Under the pieces are notes generated by a model that was given only the letters and a program-made list of their open reading frames with translations, made no database searches and was not told the origin of the DNA. A stretch of 38,070 nt of DNA from a virus (taxonomy: Duplodnaviria; Caudoviricetes). The DNA lies in IMG/VR virus record IMGVR_UViG_3300020426_000014, positions 1 through 38,070 of that record; one strand, 5' to 3'. Positions 19,153 to 27,388 of this stretch are shown here, in pieces. A program made the translations under genes and the position numbers. Each line of letters starts with the position of its first letter. The first letter of the stretch is position 1.

Positions 19153-19470
19153 TTACTTCTTCGCCTTGAGTTCAGCCAATTCGGCCAGCGCCTTGTCGCG
19201 CTCCTGTTCGGCCGCGTCGGCGCGCTTGCTGGCTTCATCCAGCAGCTTTTCGGCCGCGTCGGCGCGCTCCTTTTCCGCCTTGATCGCGTCCGACTGTTCC
19301 GGCGTAGGCTTCGCTTTGGCGGGCTTCGCCTTTTTTGCGATTGGCTTGCCGTCCTTGTCGAGCGGTTGCATCCAATCACCTTCCGGCGCGTCGGTTTCAA
19401 AGCGGGAGCCGGCCTGATGCCAGACTCCATCAGGCGTCTGGCCCAGCGACATGGCGAAGTAGGGCTTCAT
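19153..19470 (-). CDS. Hypothetical head-operon protein (105 aa, coiled-coil C-terminus)
   Basis: ATG at 19470 overlaps the cement-gene stop; MKPYFAMSLGQTPDGVWHQAGSRFET...; the longer 212-aa call overlaps another gene. Confidence 0.75.
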   Translation of the reverse strand: MKPYFAMSLGQTPDGVWHQAGSRFETDAPEGDWMQPLDKDGKPIAKKAKPAKAKPTPEQSDAIKAEKERADAAEKLLDEASKRADAAEQERDKALAELAELKAKK

Positions 19471-19895
19471 CGCGCCGGCCTCCCCGCGACGATACCGCCA
19501 AAGACCTTGCCAGTGGTCGGTGCGGTGCCGGCGACCGTGTAATAAAGCCGGTAATAGCGCTCGGTTGCGCCTTCCGGGATCGCATCGGGAACCTTGAAAT
19601 GATAGCCAGGCTTGAGCGTGGCGAGTGGCACCGCTTCCGATGATGCGATGGTGGTAGGCGAAGCAAATGCTTCGTTGTCGTCCATCTGCACCGACACTTT
19701 GAGCGAGGTCAGGTTGTTGAACGCCTCCGTGACCTGGACCAGTAGCTTGATGCCGCTGTTGCCGAGGTCGCCGAACACCTTGCCAGCCCAACCGATGGGG
19801 GTGCCATTCTCGCCAAAGTCGAGTTTGTTGGTGGATTCAGCCGATGCGGTGATCGCCTGAAATTCGCTCATCACGCCTTCATTGTCGAACAACAT
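19467..19895 (-). CDS. Capsid cement/decoration protein (Bbp16-like)
   Basis: QAITASAESTNKLD, LLVQVTEAFNNLTSLKVSVQ, RYYRLYYTVAGTAPTTGKV; AAGGAG RBS. Confidence 0.9.
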   Translation of the reverse strand: MLFDNEGVMSEFQAITASAESTNKLDFGENGTPIGWAGKVFGDLGNSGIKLLVQVTEAFNNLTSLKVSVQMDDNEAFASPTTIASSEAVPLATLKPGYHFKVPDAIPEGATERYYRLYYTVAGTAPTTGKVFGGIVAGRPAR

Positions 19896-19917
19896 GGTGG
19901 TTACTCCTTTCGCGCGA

Positions 19918-20949
19918 TCAGCTCAGCGCCGCTTCGGTGTTGGTGAGGCCATCCGTGACGCGGATCGGGAGGCCACGGAACATGGTGACTTCCTCGCCCT
20001 CAATTTCGCGGATGGTGAGTTGCAGCGCCGGGTTCAGGGTGACATTGCGCGACTGCTTGTCGAGGATTTCGAACAATGTGCTGTTCATATACCAGCAGGC
20101 ACGTGCGCCCAGGAACGCGGCATCCTTCACCTCGCGATTGTGCTTGGGCATCCCCGCGCGGTGATAGGCGGTGACCATGAAGTCCATGATGTCCACCGTA
20201 TTGCCTTCGGCGTTCGAAACGTCGATGTTGGCGATACGGGAGTTCGCCCGGTAATCCTTGATCGCCACACCGCCATGCAGGGTGAACATTTCCTCCTGCA
20301 CATAGCGAACGCCGCCCGCGTCATCGGTATCGCGCTGCTGCCCCTTGTCCTCGCGCTGGATGCCCATGGGAATATTCTTCGGGACCAGAAGCGAGGTCTG
20401 CTGCTCGCCATGACGGATCAGCCAGATCGACGTATTATCGGACCCGGTGCCGCCAGCATCGATGACCTGGTTACTGGCGTTGTTGGCCGCCACGGGGAGC
20501 GCATTGTAATAGGCGGCCATGCCGTCGAAGCCGAGCGGGTTGGTCGCGGTGTTGCCGTTGAAGAACATGAACTCGAACTCTTGGGCGATCGCCTCAAGGT
20601 GCGGCCCCGCTTCCGACAGGCGCAGCGCCGCCTCGTCGTCCGCCAGGTCGAGAATGTCCTGCGGCACCTGCGAAAGCGACCGGCAGAACCCGGTGGCGAA
20701 CTTCTGCGCGCGGGTCTGCGACTTGGTAGGCTTCACATAGCCGGCGACCTTCATCCATGCTGTTTCGGGCAGGCCGGCGCGGACAAGCGTCTCATGCTCA
20801 GTGCCCTTGTTGCAGGTAATGAACGCGCCATCGCGCAGGATGACGTTGTGCTGGTTCAGCACTTCGGCAACAGCGCCGATCGTGCCGTCCGGCCCCTGCT
20901 TGGTGATCAGATCGGCCCACGTAAGGGCCTGGGAGGAAAGGACTGCCAT
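19918..20949 (-). CDS. Major capsid protein (epsilon15/BPP-1 type)
   Basis: VAEVLNQHNVILRD, VRAGLP, FDGMAAYYN, IDAGGTGSDNTSIWL, RIANIDVS, FRGLPIRVTD. Confidence 0.95.
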   Translation of the reverse strand: MAVLSSQALTWADLITKQGPDGTIGAVAEVLNQHNVILRDGAFITCNKGTEHETLVRAGLPETAWMKVAGYVKPTKSQTRAQKFATGFCRSLSQVPQDILDLADDEAALRLSEAGPHLEAIAQEFEFMFFNGNTATNPLGFDGMAAYYNALPVAANNASNQVIDAGGTGSDNTSIWLIRHGEQQTSLLVPKNIPMGIQREDKGQQRDTDDAGGVRYVQEEMFTLHGGVAIKDYRANSRIANIDVSNAEGNTVDIMDFMVTAYHRAGMPKHNREVKDAAFLGARACWYMNSTLFEILDKQSRNVTLNPALQLTIREIEGEEVTMFRGLPIRVTDGLTNTEAALS

Positions 20950-20951
20950 TC

Positions 20952-21659
20952 TTACTTACCCCTACGGTTGTTCGGATACATTTCGGACAGTGTGTCCACG
21001 ACTGCCGTGCCCGCATCGGCGCGCACGAAGTCACCATCCTCGCCAACCATCGCCCCGACCTTCGCCATCACGCGGATCATCTCAGGGTGGTTGCCGAAGC
21101 CGGTTTCAGTCAGAGCGGCGCGGAACGGCGCCCCCTCTGGATAGCCAAGCGCATCGAGCGCTTTCGCGGCGGAATGGAGCGTTGCATCCCACTTCGCGCC
21201 GCCAATTTCAGGATCAGCCTTCGCCTCATCGAGCCACGCCTTGCGCTGCTGCGCGCCGGCATCGATCATCGACTGGACAGCCGCTTCATGCGATTTCGTC
21301 ATCAGGCTCTGCGCGAGTGGCAGCACCTTGTTCGCCGCCTCGTTGCTGAGGCCTATCTCCTTGAAGATCGGCGTCGCCTCTTCCAGAAGCGCGGGATCGA
21401 TCGTCATGCCCTCGGGCGCGGTCAGGTCGTAGGCCTCGGGAACGACAGGCGCGTCAGCCTCAGCGGGCGCATCATCGCCAGCATCATCACCAGCCTCAGA
21501 CTCCTTCGCCTTGCCGCCCAGTGCGCTTTCGTCAGCATCGTCGCCAGCGTCAGGCGCGGGATCGGCGGCAGGCGCATCGGCAGGCGTGGCATCCGCTGCG
21601 GGTTCCACCGCATCAGCCGGGGCGTCAGTCGCCAAGTTCGCCGTATCGTCCGTTTGCAC
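20952..21659 (-). CDS. Scaffolding protein (GTG start at 21659)
   Basis: Acidic Ala/Pro/Asp N-terminus, PEAYDLTAPEG, KADPEIGG, TGFGNHPEMIR; AAGGAG RBS before GTG. Confidence 0.85.
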   Translation of the reverse strand: MQTDDTANLATDAPADAVEPAADATPADAPAADPAPDAGDDADESALGGKAKESEAGDDAGDDAPAEADAPVVPEAYDLTAPEGMTIDPALLEEATPIFKEIGLSNEAANKVLPLAQSLMTKSHEAAVQSMIDAGAQQRKAWLDEAKADPEIGGAKWDATLHSAAKALDALGYPEGAPFRAALTETGFGNHPEMIRVMAKVGAMVGEDGDFVRADAGTAVVDTLSEMYPNNRRGK

Positions 21660-21939
21660 TCTTCTTCTCCTTCGGGGCTGCCTGGGCTTCTTCACGAAGC
21701 ACCGCGATCAAGGTCATGATGTTGAGAGTGTGGCGGGCATCAGAGGGCATTCCCTGCTCCGCGTCGTTCAGCATCGCGAACATTTGACTGCGCCGCCCCT
21801 CTGCGAATGAGAGATCGCGGCCATCAGCCCCGCTCGTTCCCTGCGACAAAATCCCGCTGGTTTGAATCGACCGCCACAGGAAGCGCCGGAACGCCGGCTG
21901 CTTCATCAGTTCGGCCATGTCGGATTGCTGCTGGCTCAT
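21625..21939 (-). CDS. Bbp19-like protein
   Basis: DMAELMKQPAFRRFLWR...FAEGRRS motif; lies between portal and scaffold. Confidence 0.8.
   Translation of the reverse strand: MSQQQSDMAELMKQPAFRRFLWRSIQTSGILSQGTSGADGRDLSFAEGRRSQMFAMLNDAEQGMPSDARHTLNIMTLIAVLREEAQAAPKEKKSANGRYGELGD
21862..21871 (-). promoter_or_regulatory. Exact copy of the late-promoter upstream motif (scaffold/capsid), intragenic
   Basis: GTCGATTCAA exact, but +18 reads CAGGGA rather than TA... Confidence 0.45.
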
Positions 21940-23579
21940 CAGGCCCCCAGCATCGTGTCTAGCAGCGGCTGACCGCCCGCATCGGTTTCGGACAGGAGCC
22001 GCGCCGCATCTGCGCCCTGCTGAACGGCAGGCATGGCCTCCATCATGCGCTGGGCATTCTGCTGCTGGGCGCGGCGGCTGCGGATCGCCTGCACCTCTTC
22101 GGCCGTGCGGATCAGCTTGGGCGGGGCACCGGCGCGCTCCGCATATTCATCGATCATTTCGTCGGTGTTGAGCTTGTCCACGCTTTCGGGGAACACGCCC
22201 GCCAGGTTGCCGATGAAGGAGGCGGTGCGCTCGATCTGGCCGAGGCCGACCATCCGCTGCATCTGCGTCAGGATCGACACGAACTCGACCTTGACCTCAC
22301 TGTCCTGCATCACGTCAGGCACAGGCGGCAGCATCCCGCCGCGCAGCATGATCCCGAACACGCGGTCGATGGCGACGGACAGCTTCTCGGTATTGACGCG
22401 CTCGATCGTCGGGCCAAGCTGCGTCAGCTTTTCCTCGTTGCGGGCTGCGATTTCCTCGATATTGCGGGGCTGCACACCCTGCATGTTCGTGATCGCCATG
22501 AACAATTCGGCAAAGGACGTGGCGTCGATCTGCTGATAGCAGCGCTGGATTTCCTGCCCGATGATCCCCGGCGCTTGGTAAGGCATCTGGTAGGGCACCA
22601 GCACCGTATCCTTGTCCACGTCTGCGGCGGAAACGATGTTGCCCGGCTGGCCCGTCAGCTTGAGGCCCGGCTTCGTCACTTTCTCAGGCTTCACCAGATG
22701 GTCGATGGCCTCGTTCCGCCGCTTGACCTGCATTTGCAGCTCGCGGATCGTCGCCAGCCCCTCCATTGCTGGGGAATAGCCGTAAGTGTCGGAGCCGGTC
22801 GTATCCCAGCGCGGGGCATAGAATGGCTGATCATGATAGCCCGAGACGCGCAGCACTTGGTCGCTGCTGTCCGCTTCGTCCCAATAGACCGAGCGGAACC
22901 GGCGCGAAAACGGATTGCCCGGTTGCCAGTTGGGATCAGGCTCGATCGCCTGGAACACATCGACCTGAAATTCCGTGTCGTTGCGGTCATAGGCGTTTCG
23001 AACGTTGCTCGACACCTTGTCGCCGAACGATTGCACAGCCTGACGCGCGGACATGGGGACGCGGCGGTAGAGCGTGTCCGCCACCATGGCATCGGACGCG
23101 GCGATCCAATATTCGCCGGCCGTGAGCGCATGACAGACCATGCCGACCTGCGGATGCTCGATCATCACGCAAGCCTCGGTCCCGAACAGGCCGAGTTCAT
23201 GGTATCCGGTTTTGGCCGCGCCGTAGAAATTCGACTGCGCGATGAACGCCTGCATCCGGCGCTCGACTTCGGACAGCCAGAACCGCACGTCCGGCTCGTC
23301 CATCATCGCTTCGTCATAGGTCGCCAGCTTGAACCATGGGCGCGACGGCGATGACAGGCCGCTGGTCATGCCATTGGCGAGCGTGCGGTAGGAGGTTATC
23401 GCATATTCGTCATAAATCTTGTTGCGCTGGCGGCGGTTCTTGTTCGTGTCGCTGTTCATGAACCGCGAGCGCGCCGGCTGGCAGAATTTCGCAATGTCGC
23501 GCCAGTCCGCCTCATAGTCCGAGCGGATGGTTTTCATCCCCTGGAGGCGCGTTTCGCAGTCCTGACGGATCGATGCCAT
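21939..23579 (-). CDS. Portal (head-to-tail connector)
   Basis: LANGMTSGLSSPSRPWFKL, SNFYG, PRWDTTGSDTYGYSPAM, EIAARNEEKLTQLGP. Confidence 0.95.
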   Translation of the reverse strand: MASIRQDCETRLQGMKTIRSDYEADWRDIAKFCQPARSRFMNSDTNKNRRQRNKIYDEYAITSYRTLANGMTSGLSSPSRPWFKLATYDEAMMDEPDVRFWLSEVERRMQAFIAQSNFYGAAKTGYHELGLFGTEACVMIEHPQVGMVCHALTAGEYWIAASDAMVADTLYRRVPMSARQAVQSFGDKVSSNVRNAYDRNDTEFQVDVFQAIEPDPNWQPGNPFSRRFRSVYWDEADSSDQVLRVSGYHDQPFYAPRWDTTGSDTYGYSPAMEGLATIRELQMQVKRRNEAIDHLVKPEKVTKPGLKLTGQPGNIVSAADVDKDTVLVPYQMPYQAPGIIGQEIQRCYQQIDATSFAELFMAITNMQGVQPRNIEEIAARNEEKLTQLGPTIERVNTEKLSVAIDRVFGIMLRGGMLPPVPDVMQDSEVKVEFVSILTQMQRMVGLGQIERTASFIGNLAGVFPESVDKLNTDEMIDEYAERAGAPPKLIRTAEEVQAIRSRRAQQQNAQRMMEAMPAVQQGADAARLLSETDAGGQPLLDTMLGA

Positions 23580-23776
23580 CAGCCGAGCGTGTTGGATGTC
23601 GCGGTGGTGGATGCCGTGCCAAGTGCGCCGCTCGGGCTGGTCATCATGCCGGAGATCATGGCACGGCGGCGACGACGCGCGTCCCGGTCGGCCTGCACAT
23701 CGACGCCCTGATCGGGCAGCTTTACCGATTGGCGCTCCGGAACAGTCGGAACGTCAGGGGTGGATGGAGTGCAAAT
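23579..23776 (-). CDS. Small pre-portal virion-associated protein (65 aa), apparent ATT start
   Basis: (I/M)CTPSTPDVPTVPERQSVKLPD...RRRRRAMISGMMTSPSGALG...NTLG; GGGAGA RBS 6 nt before ATT; in-frame TGA just upstream; TGATG coupling to portal. Confidence 0.75.
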   Translation of the reverse strand: MCTPSTPDVPTVPERQSVKLPDQGVDVQADRDARRRRRAMISGMMTSPSGALGTASTTATSNTLG

Positions 23777-23805
23777 GGCCTGTCTCCCGCGTCATGACGG
23801 GGACA

Positions 23806-23839
23806 GGGATATGGGGGAGGGCTATTCGGTTGAATCGAC
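23806..23839 (-). promoter_or_regulatory. Putative late promoter (portal/head operon)
   Basis: GTCGATTCAA (23839-23830)-N18-TATCCC in the intergenic gap. Confidence 0.7.
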
Positions 23840-23859
23840 GGGTCGGCGTCGCCAGAATG

Positions 23860-24099
23860 TCAAGGCTGTAAAGCCCCTTTCATGGACGATTTTACATCGC
23901 GTATCGTTTCTATGATCGCAGCTTGGCCATCCTCCACGCTGTCACAAGTCCCGCTACCAACAACTTGGACGCCTGAAAGGCTTTCGACCTCCAGAACCCA
24001 CGAGCTTCTGCCCGAAGCGACATCAAAATAAACCCTTCCTAAAAAAGGAAGCGCGGACTTGCCAGTCTCCACGCAAAGAGTTTCATATTCGAGCATCAT
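23860..24099 (-). CDS. Hypothetical protein (lower-GC insert)
   Basis: 79 aa, GGAGG RBS, ATGA coupling. Confidence 0.65.
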   Translation of the reverse strand: MMLEYETLCVETGKSALPFLGRVYFDVASGRSSWVLEVESLSGVQVVGSGTCDSVEDGQAAIIETIRDVKSSMKGALQP

Positions 24100-24326
24100 T
24101 GCGCCTCCACGGGCTTGAAAGCCTTCTGCGCAGCATGAGCGAGAGCCGCCTTCATGGCAGTTGCTTTCACGAAGCGGATGGCATCTTCCTTGTCACTGAA
24201 TTTTGCCACACGCCCGCAAGAACGGACTGCATGATGGTTATTCCAAGCGAACTCCACCAGCTTCCATTCAGCAACTTCCCAATCGTAGGTTGATACCGTC
24301 AATCCAATATCTTCATCGGTCATCAA
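24096..24326 (-). CDS. Hypothetical protein (lower-GC insert)
   Basis: 76 aa, AAGGAG RBS at the end of terL, coupled to the terL stop. Confidence 0.65.
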   Translation of the reverse strand: MMTDEDIGLTVSTYDWEVAEWKLVEFAWNNHHAVRSCGRVAKFSDKEDAIRFVKATAMKAALAHAAQKAFKPVEAQ

Positions 24327-25828
24327 TCCAACTCCTTGTAGCGGTCATTCTCGACCGATCGCCCATAGTTGGCAGGGTTCAAATAGCCCGGCACTTCACG
24401 CGGTGCGACAGGCTCAGCAAAGGTGCAGGCCAGCGCGTCGGCATCGTCAGGCGAGGATAGTCCGCGCTTCTTCATGTGATCCTTCTTTTCCAGCACGATC
24501 GCCTGATTGAGATCGTAGCTATACTCGACCCCGGTCAGATCATCGGTCAATTGCTGTTCATCCGGGATCGCGCCGCCAGCAAGCCATGTGCGCATCGATG
24601 TCCATATCTCCGCGCGCTTGTTCGCCGTCTTGACCCGCACGTCATTGGCCCACACAGCATCGCGGCCGCGCCCGCCGAAATTGACCTCAAACACATTCTC
24701 AAGCCCGAGCTGACGCAGGCGGTCGATAACCCCCGCGCCCATAGCGCCCACGTCCACGAATATCGCGTCAGGCTTGTAGAGGCGCGCTTCCATGGCGATG
24801 TCGCCGGCCACGGTCATGGTATCGACGCCATGCCAGCGCTTCCACGGCCGAGACTTCGCGTCGCGCCCGCAGCGGATAGCGAGCGTGCTGTGATCGTCAC
24901 CAAAACGCGCGATGTCCACACCGAAGATGACCGGATCGGATCCGAGGGAATTAACCTCTCGCGCCTGCGCCTCCTCGACTAGGCTGGAAGGAATGAACTG
25001 CATGGACGAGGCGGACGGGAATTGCCCCAGGACACGCACCTTGGCAATGTCACTGTCCTCGCCATAGGTCCGAACCAGCTCCTCCAGATAGGCTTTGTTC
25101 GTGCCCTCGACCGTGCGGCTGTCGATCTGGCGCGTTTTCCACAAGGCGCGGCTCTTGCCGAAACACTCGCGAAAGGCGCCCGTGTTTTGCGTTGGGTTGC
25201 CGAATGCGAGCCAGATGATCTCCGTCCCTTCGTCAGTGAGCGCGCCAAGGGCGACCTCCCACACCTTCGCGTCGATGCCAGATGCCTCATCGAAGATCAG
25301 GACGATGCGCTTGCCCTGGTTATGCAGGCCGGCAAACGCTTCCGTGTTGTTCGCAGACCATGTGACAAGATCGGCGCGCCATGATTTGTCTCGCCCCTTC
25401 ATGGTGGACATGAGCGCCGTCGCGGTAGGCTTGAACCAGTCGGCCGTGACCGCCAATCGCGCCCATTTGGCGATCTCGGGGCTGGTCTTTGTGAGAAGCT
25501 GGCCTTCCGTGTTCGCCGTCACGACGATGCGGGTGTCGGGGCAGGTATCGAGCGCCCACTTGATGACCATGCTGATCGCGGCGGACTTGCCGATGCCGTG
25601 CCCCGAAGCGATGGCGATGCGGCAGGGCTGGAAGCGGGTGGCGGGATTGGACAGATGGTCGCGAATTTGCCCCATCATCCATCGCTGCCACTCACGCGGG
25701 CCGGTTGCATCTGCCAGGTCTCCACGCCCCCACGGAAAGGCGTAGAGGGCATAACGCTCGGGATCGGCCGCGAATGAGCCTATGTCCTTCGCCAGCGTGA
25801 TTTCGGGAGGTTCAGCCCTCGTTGCCAT
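24323..25828 (-). CDS. terL: Terminase large subunit (likely start ATG 25828)
   Basis: Walker A SGHGIGKS, Walker B LIFDEASG, GNPT coupling motif, nuclease GVDIARFGDD...SPDDADAL. Confidence 0.95.
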   Translation of the reverse strand: MATRAEPPEITLAKDIGSFAADPERYALYAFPWGRGDLADATGPREWQRWMMGQIRDHLSNPATRFQPCRIAIASGHGIGKSAAISMVIKWALDTCPDTRIVVTANTEGQLLTKTSPEIAKWARLAVTADWFKPTATALMSTMKGRDKSWRADLVTWSANNTEAFAGLHNQGKRIVLIFDEASGIDAKVWEVALGALTDEGTEIIWLAFGNPTQNTGAFRECFGKSRALWKTRQIDSRTVEGTNKAYLEELVRTYGEDSDIAKVRVLGQFPSASSMQFIPSSLVEEAQAREVNSLGSDPVIFGVDIARFGDDHSTLAIRCGRDAKSRPWKRWHGVDTMTVAGDIAMEARLYKPDAIFVDVGAMGAGVIDRLRQLGLENVFEVNFGGRGRDAVWANDVRVKTANKRAEIWTSMRTWLAGGAIPDEQQLTDDLTGVEYSYDLNQAIVLEKKDHMKKRGLSSPDDADALACTFAEPVAPREVPGYLNPANYGRSVENDRYKELD

Positions 25829-26201
25829 GGGCGCGCTTGCGTCCTTCCTCGATCGCCGCGGCAAGGTCATCCTTCACATGCAGATCAACCTCCGATCGCT
25901 CGACCCAATCCTCTTTTGCCATGTTCTTGAGGCCAAGCGCACAAGCCTGCGCAGAGCCGGTTCCGCCACCTTCCTTGGCGATCGAGCGGTTCACCTTCTC
26001 CCACCAGGCCGCGCATTTTGCCTTGCCCACGTTGACGGCTTCTGAAAACTCAGGGTGATTGGCCATCCACTCGTTGATGGTCGAACGCGCGACCCCAATC
26101 TCGCCGGCAAACGAGGTCAGGCTAGCACCCTCAGCCATATGGTTCACGACCTCCTGCACATAGGCGGGCTTGAACTTGCTCGGACGGCCACCTTCACCCA
26201 C
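25812..26201 (-). CDS. terS: Terminase small subunit (likely GTG start 26201)
   Basis: GRPSKFKP, HTH GVARSTINEW...HPEFSEAV; immediately upstream of terL. Confidence 0.9.
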   Translation of the reverse strand: MGEGGRPSKFKPAYVQEVVNHMAEGASLTSFAGEIGVARSTINEWMANHPEFSEAVNVGKAKCAAWWEKVNRSIAKEGGGTGSAQACALGLKNMAKEDWVERSEVDLHVKDDLAAAIEEGRKRAHGNEG

Positions 26202-26227
26202 GTTCCTGCTCCACACGATCGATTTTC

Positions 26228-26695
26228 TCAGGCATGTGCCACCTCCTTACGGCCTCCAAGGATGAACCCCATTTTGCGCCGCTCGACCAATTCGACCGCC
26301 CTGTTCAAACGCTTCTCCAACGACATGATCGACCGAAAGTCCTTCACAAAGTGATGCGCGCGCTCCTCGGTTACACCAAGCTCGGATAGCGCGAAAAGCA
26401 ATGGCGATGAATCGTGAGCGCCGCGCGGGACAAGGGGCGCGCGAGACCGGACCTTTGGGTTGGGCGCTGTCCATTTCCCAGTCGCTGCGATCCAAACTTC
26501 ACGCGATGTCTGGCGCTGAATGACCTTGATATAGCCCTTCTCCTCCAGTCGCCCAACGACGGTAGGTGATGCGGAGGTGGACTCGTAACCAGGCTCATCG
26601 TTCAGTTCCAGATGATCGGGACAGACGCGACCATCCTCAGCCGCCCGCACCAGCGCCTCATACACGATCCGTTCGTTGCGCGTCAGTTCGATCAT
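26228..26695 (-). CDS. Winged-helix (LexA-DBD-like) protein, candidate late regulator
   Basis: LTRNERIVYEAL...VCP..LEL...VVGRLEEKGYIKV; ATG 26695 coupled to the upstream microprotein; last gene before terS. Confidence 0.65.
   Translation of the reverse strand: MIELTRNERIVYEALVRAAEDGRVCPDHLELNDEPGYESTSASPTVVGRLEEKGYIKVIQRQTSREVWIAATGKWTAPNPKVRSRAPLVPRGAHDSSPLLFALSELGVTEERAHHFVKDFRSIMSLEKRLNRAVELVERRKMGFILGGRKEVAHA
26383..26416 (-). promoter_or_regulatory. Degenerate late-promoter copy upstream of terS
   Basis: CACGATTCAT-N18-TATCCG; same spacing and GATTC core. Confidence 0.45.
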
Positions 26696-26763
26696 TTCCC
26701 CATCACTCCCGCCAAGATGGAAATGCCGGCAAAGGCCATGATTGCGATCCCCAAAGCGTCCAT
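26692..26763 (-). CDS. 23-aa hydrophobic microprotein MDALGIAIMAFAGISILAGVMGK
   Basis: Below ORF-track cutoff; TGATG overlap upstream and ATGA overlap downstream. Confidence 0.55.
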   Translation of the reverse strand: MDALGIAIMAFAGISILAGVMGK

Positions 26764-26996
26764 CACTCATCCCCCGCCTTCAACAGCTCCGACCGCGCAT
26801 ATTCCAGCGCCCCGAGCATCCGCCACCGATCCTGGAACTCGCAGTGGCTCACATAGACCTCGCGTGCCCGGTCGTTCGCGACCATCACCCATTCGGTGAT
26901 GTCGCCGCGCTCGATCGCATCGGCCATTTCCCGGATTTCATCGGCGTTGGCCTTGCGACCTTCCGCGCCTGCATCGGCAATGCTGACCAGTTTCAT
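26763..26996 (-). CDS. Hypothetical protein
   Basis: 77 aa, coupled at both ends. Confidence 0.7.
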   Translation of the reverse strand: MKLVSIADAGAEGRKANADEIREMADAIERGDITEWVMVANDRAREVYVSHCEFQDRWRMLGALEYARSELLKAGDE

Positions 26997-27130
26997 ACCC
27001 TCACCACCCTCCAGTAAAATTCTGCATAATCGAGCCTCACCCCCAACCGCCGCGCTTCCTGCCCAGCCTCGGCCTTGGAGCGAGGGGCCTTGAGGAGGAA
27101 GAGGATGAAGTCGGTGAGGGGGCTAGTCAT
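26993..27130 (-). CDS. Small hypothetical protein (45 aa)
   Basis: GAGGAGG RBS, ATG 27130, ATGA overlap downstream. Confidence 0.6.
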   Translation of the reverse strand: MTSPLTDFILFLLKAPRSKAEAGQEARRLGVRLDYAEFYWRVVRV

Positions 27131-27131
27131 T

Positions 27132-27387
27132 GTAACCACCTCCTCGCGCGCACGCGAAACCCGGTATTTCACCACTCCCCCTACTTTTCTTTCCTTTAGA
27201 CAAAAGGTGGTAACAATAGGGGGAAGAATACGGATTTCTGCGCGTTACCACCTCGTTACCACCTTTTGTTTCAAGGTGGGAACATGGGTGGTAACAACCG
27301 GGGTGGTAACGCCTCGGCGCAACAAAATTGCTAGCTGAGGTGGTAACAAACCGGGGTGGTAACGCGGTGGTAACGGAAGGTGGAAAC
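27132..27387. repeat. Iteron-like array (GGTGGTAAC), putative replication origin
   Basis: Exact copies at 27206, 27287, 27302, 27339, 27355, 27366 (+) and 27244, 27255 (-); 1-mismatch copies at 27132, 27275, 27379; AT-rich spacers; non-coding, directly after the VapE gene. Confidence 0.85.
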
Positions 27388-27388
27388 G

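Noticed and set aside
19041-19430. 129-aa alternative-frame ORF or a capsid-region frameshift product
   Set aside because: No RBS or slippery sequence identified, and it runs through the terminator hairpin
27132-27387. CRISPR array
   Set aside because: Repeats are 9 nt, in both orientations, irregularly spaced; no cas genes
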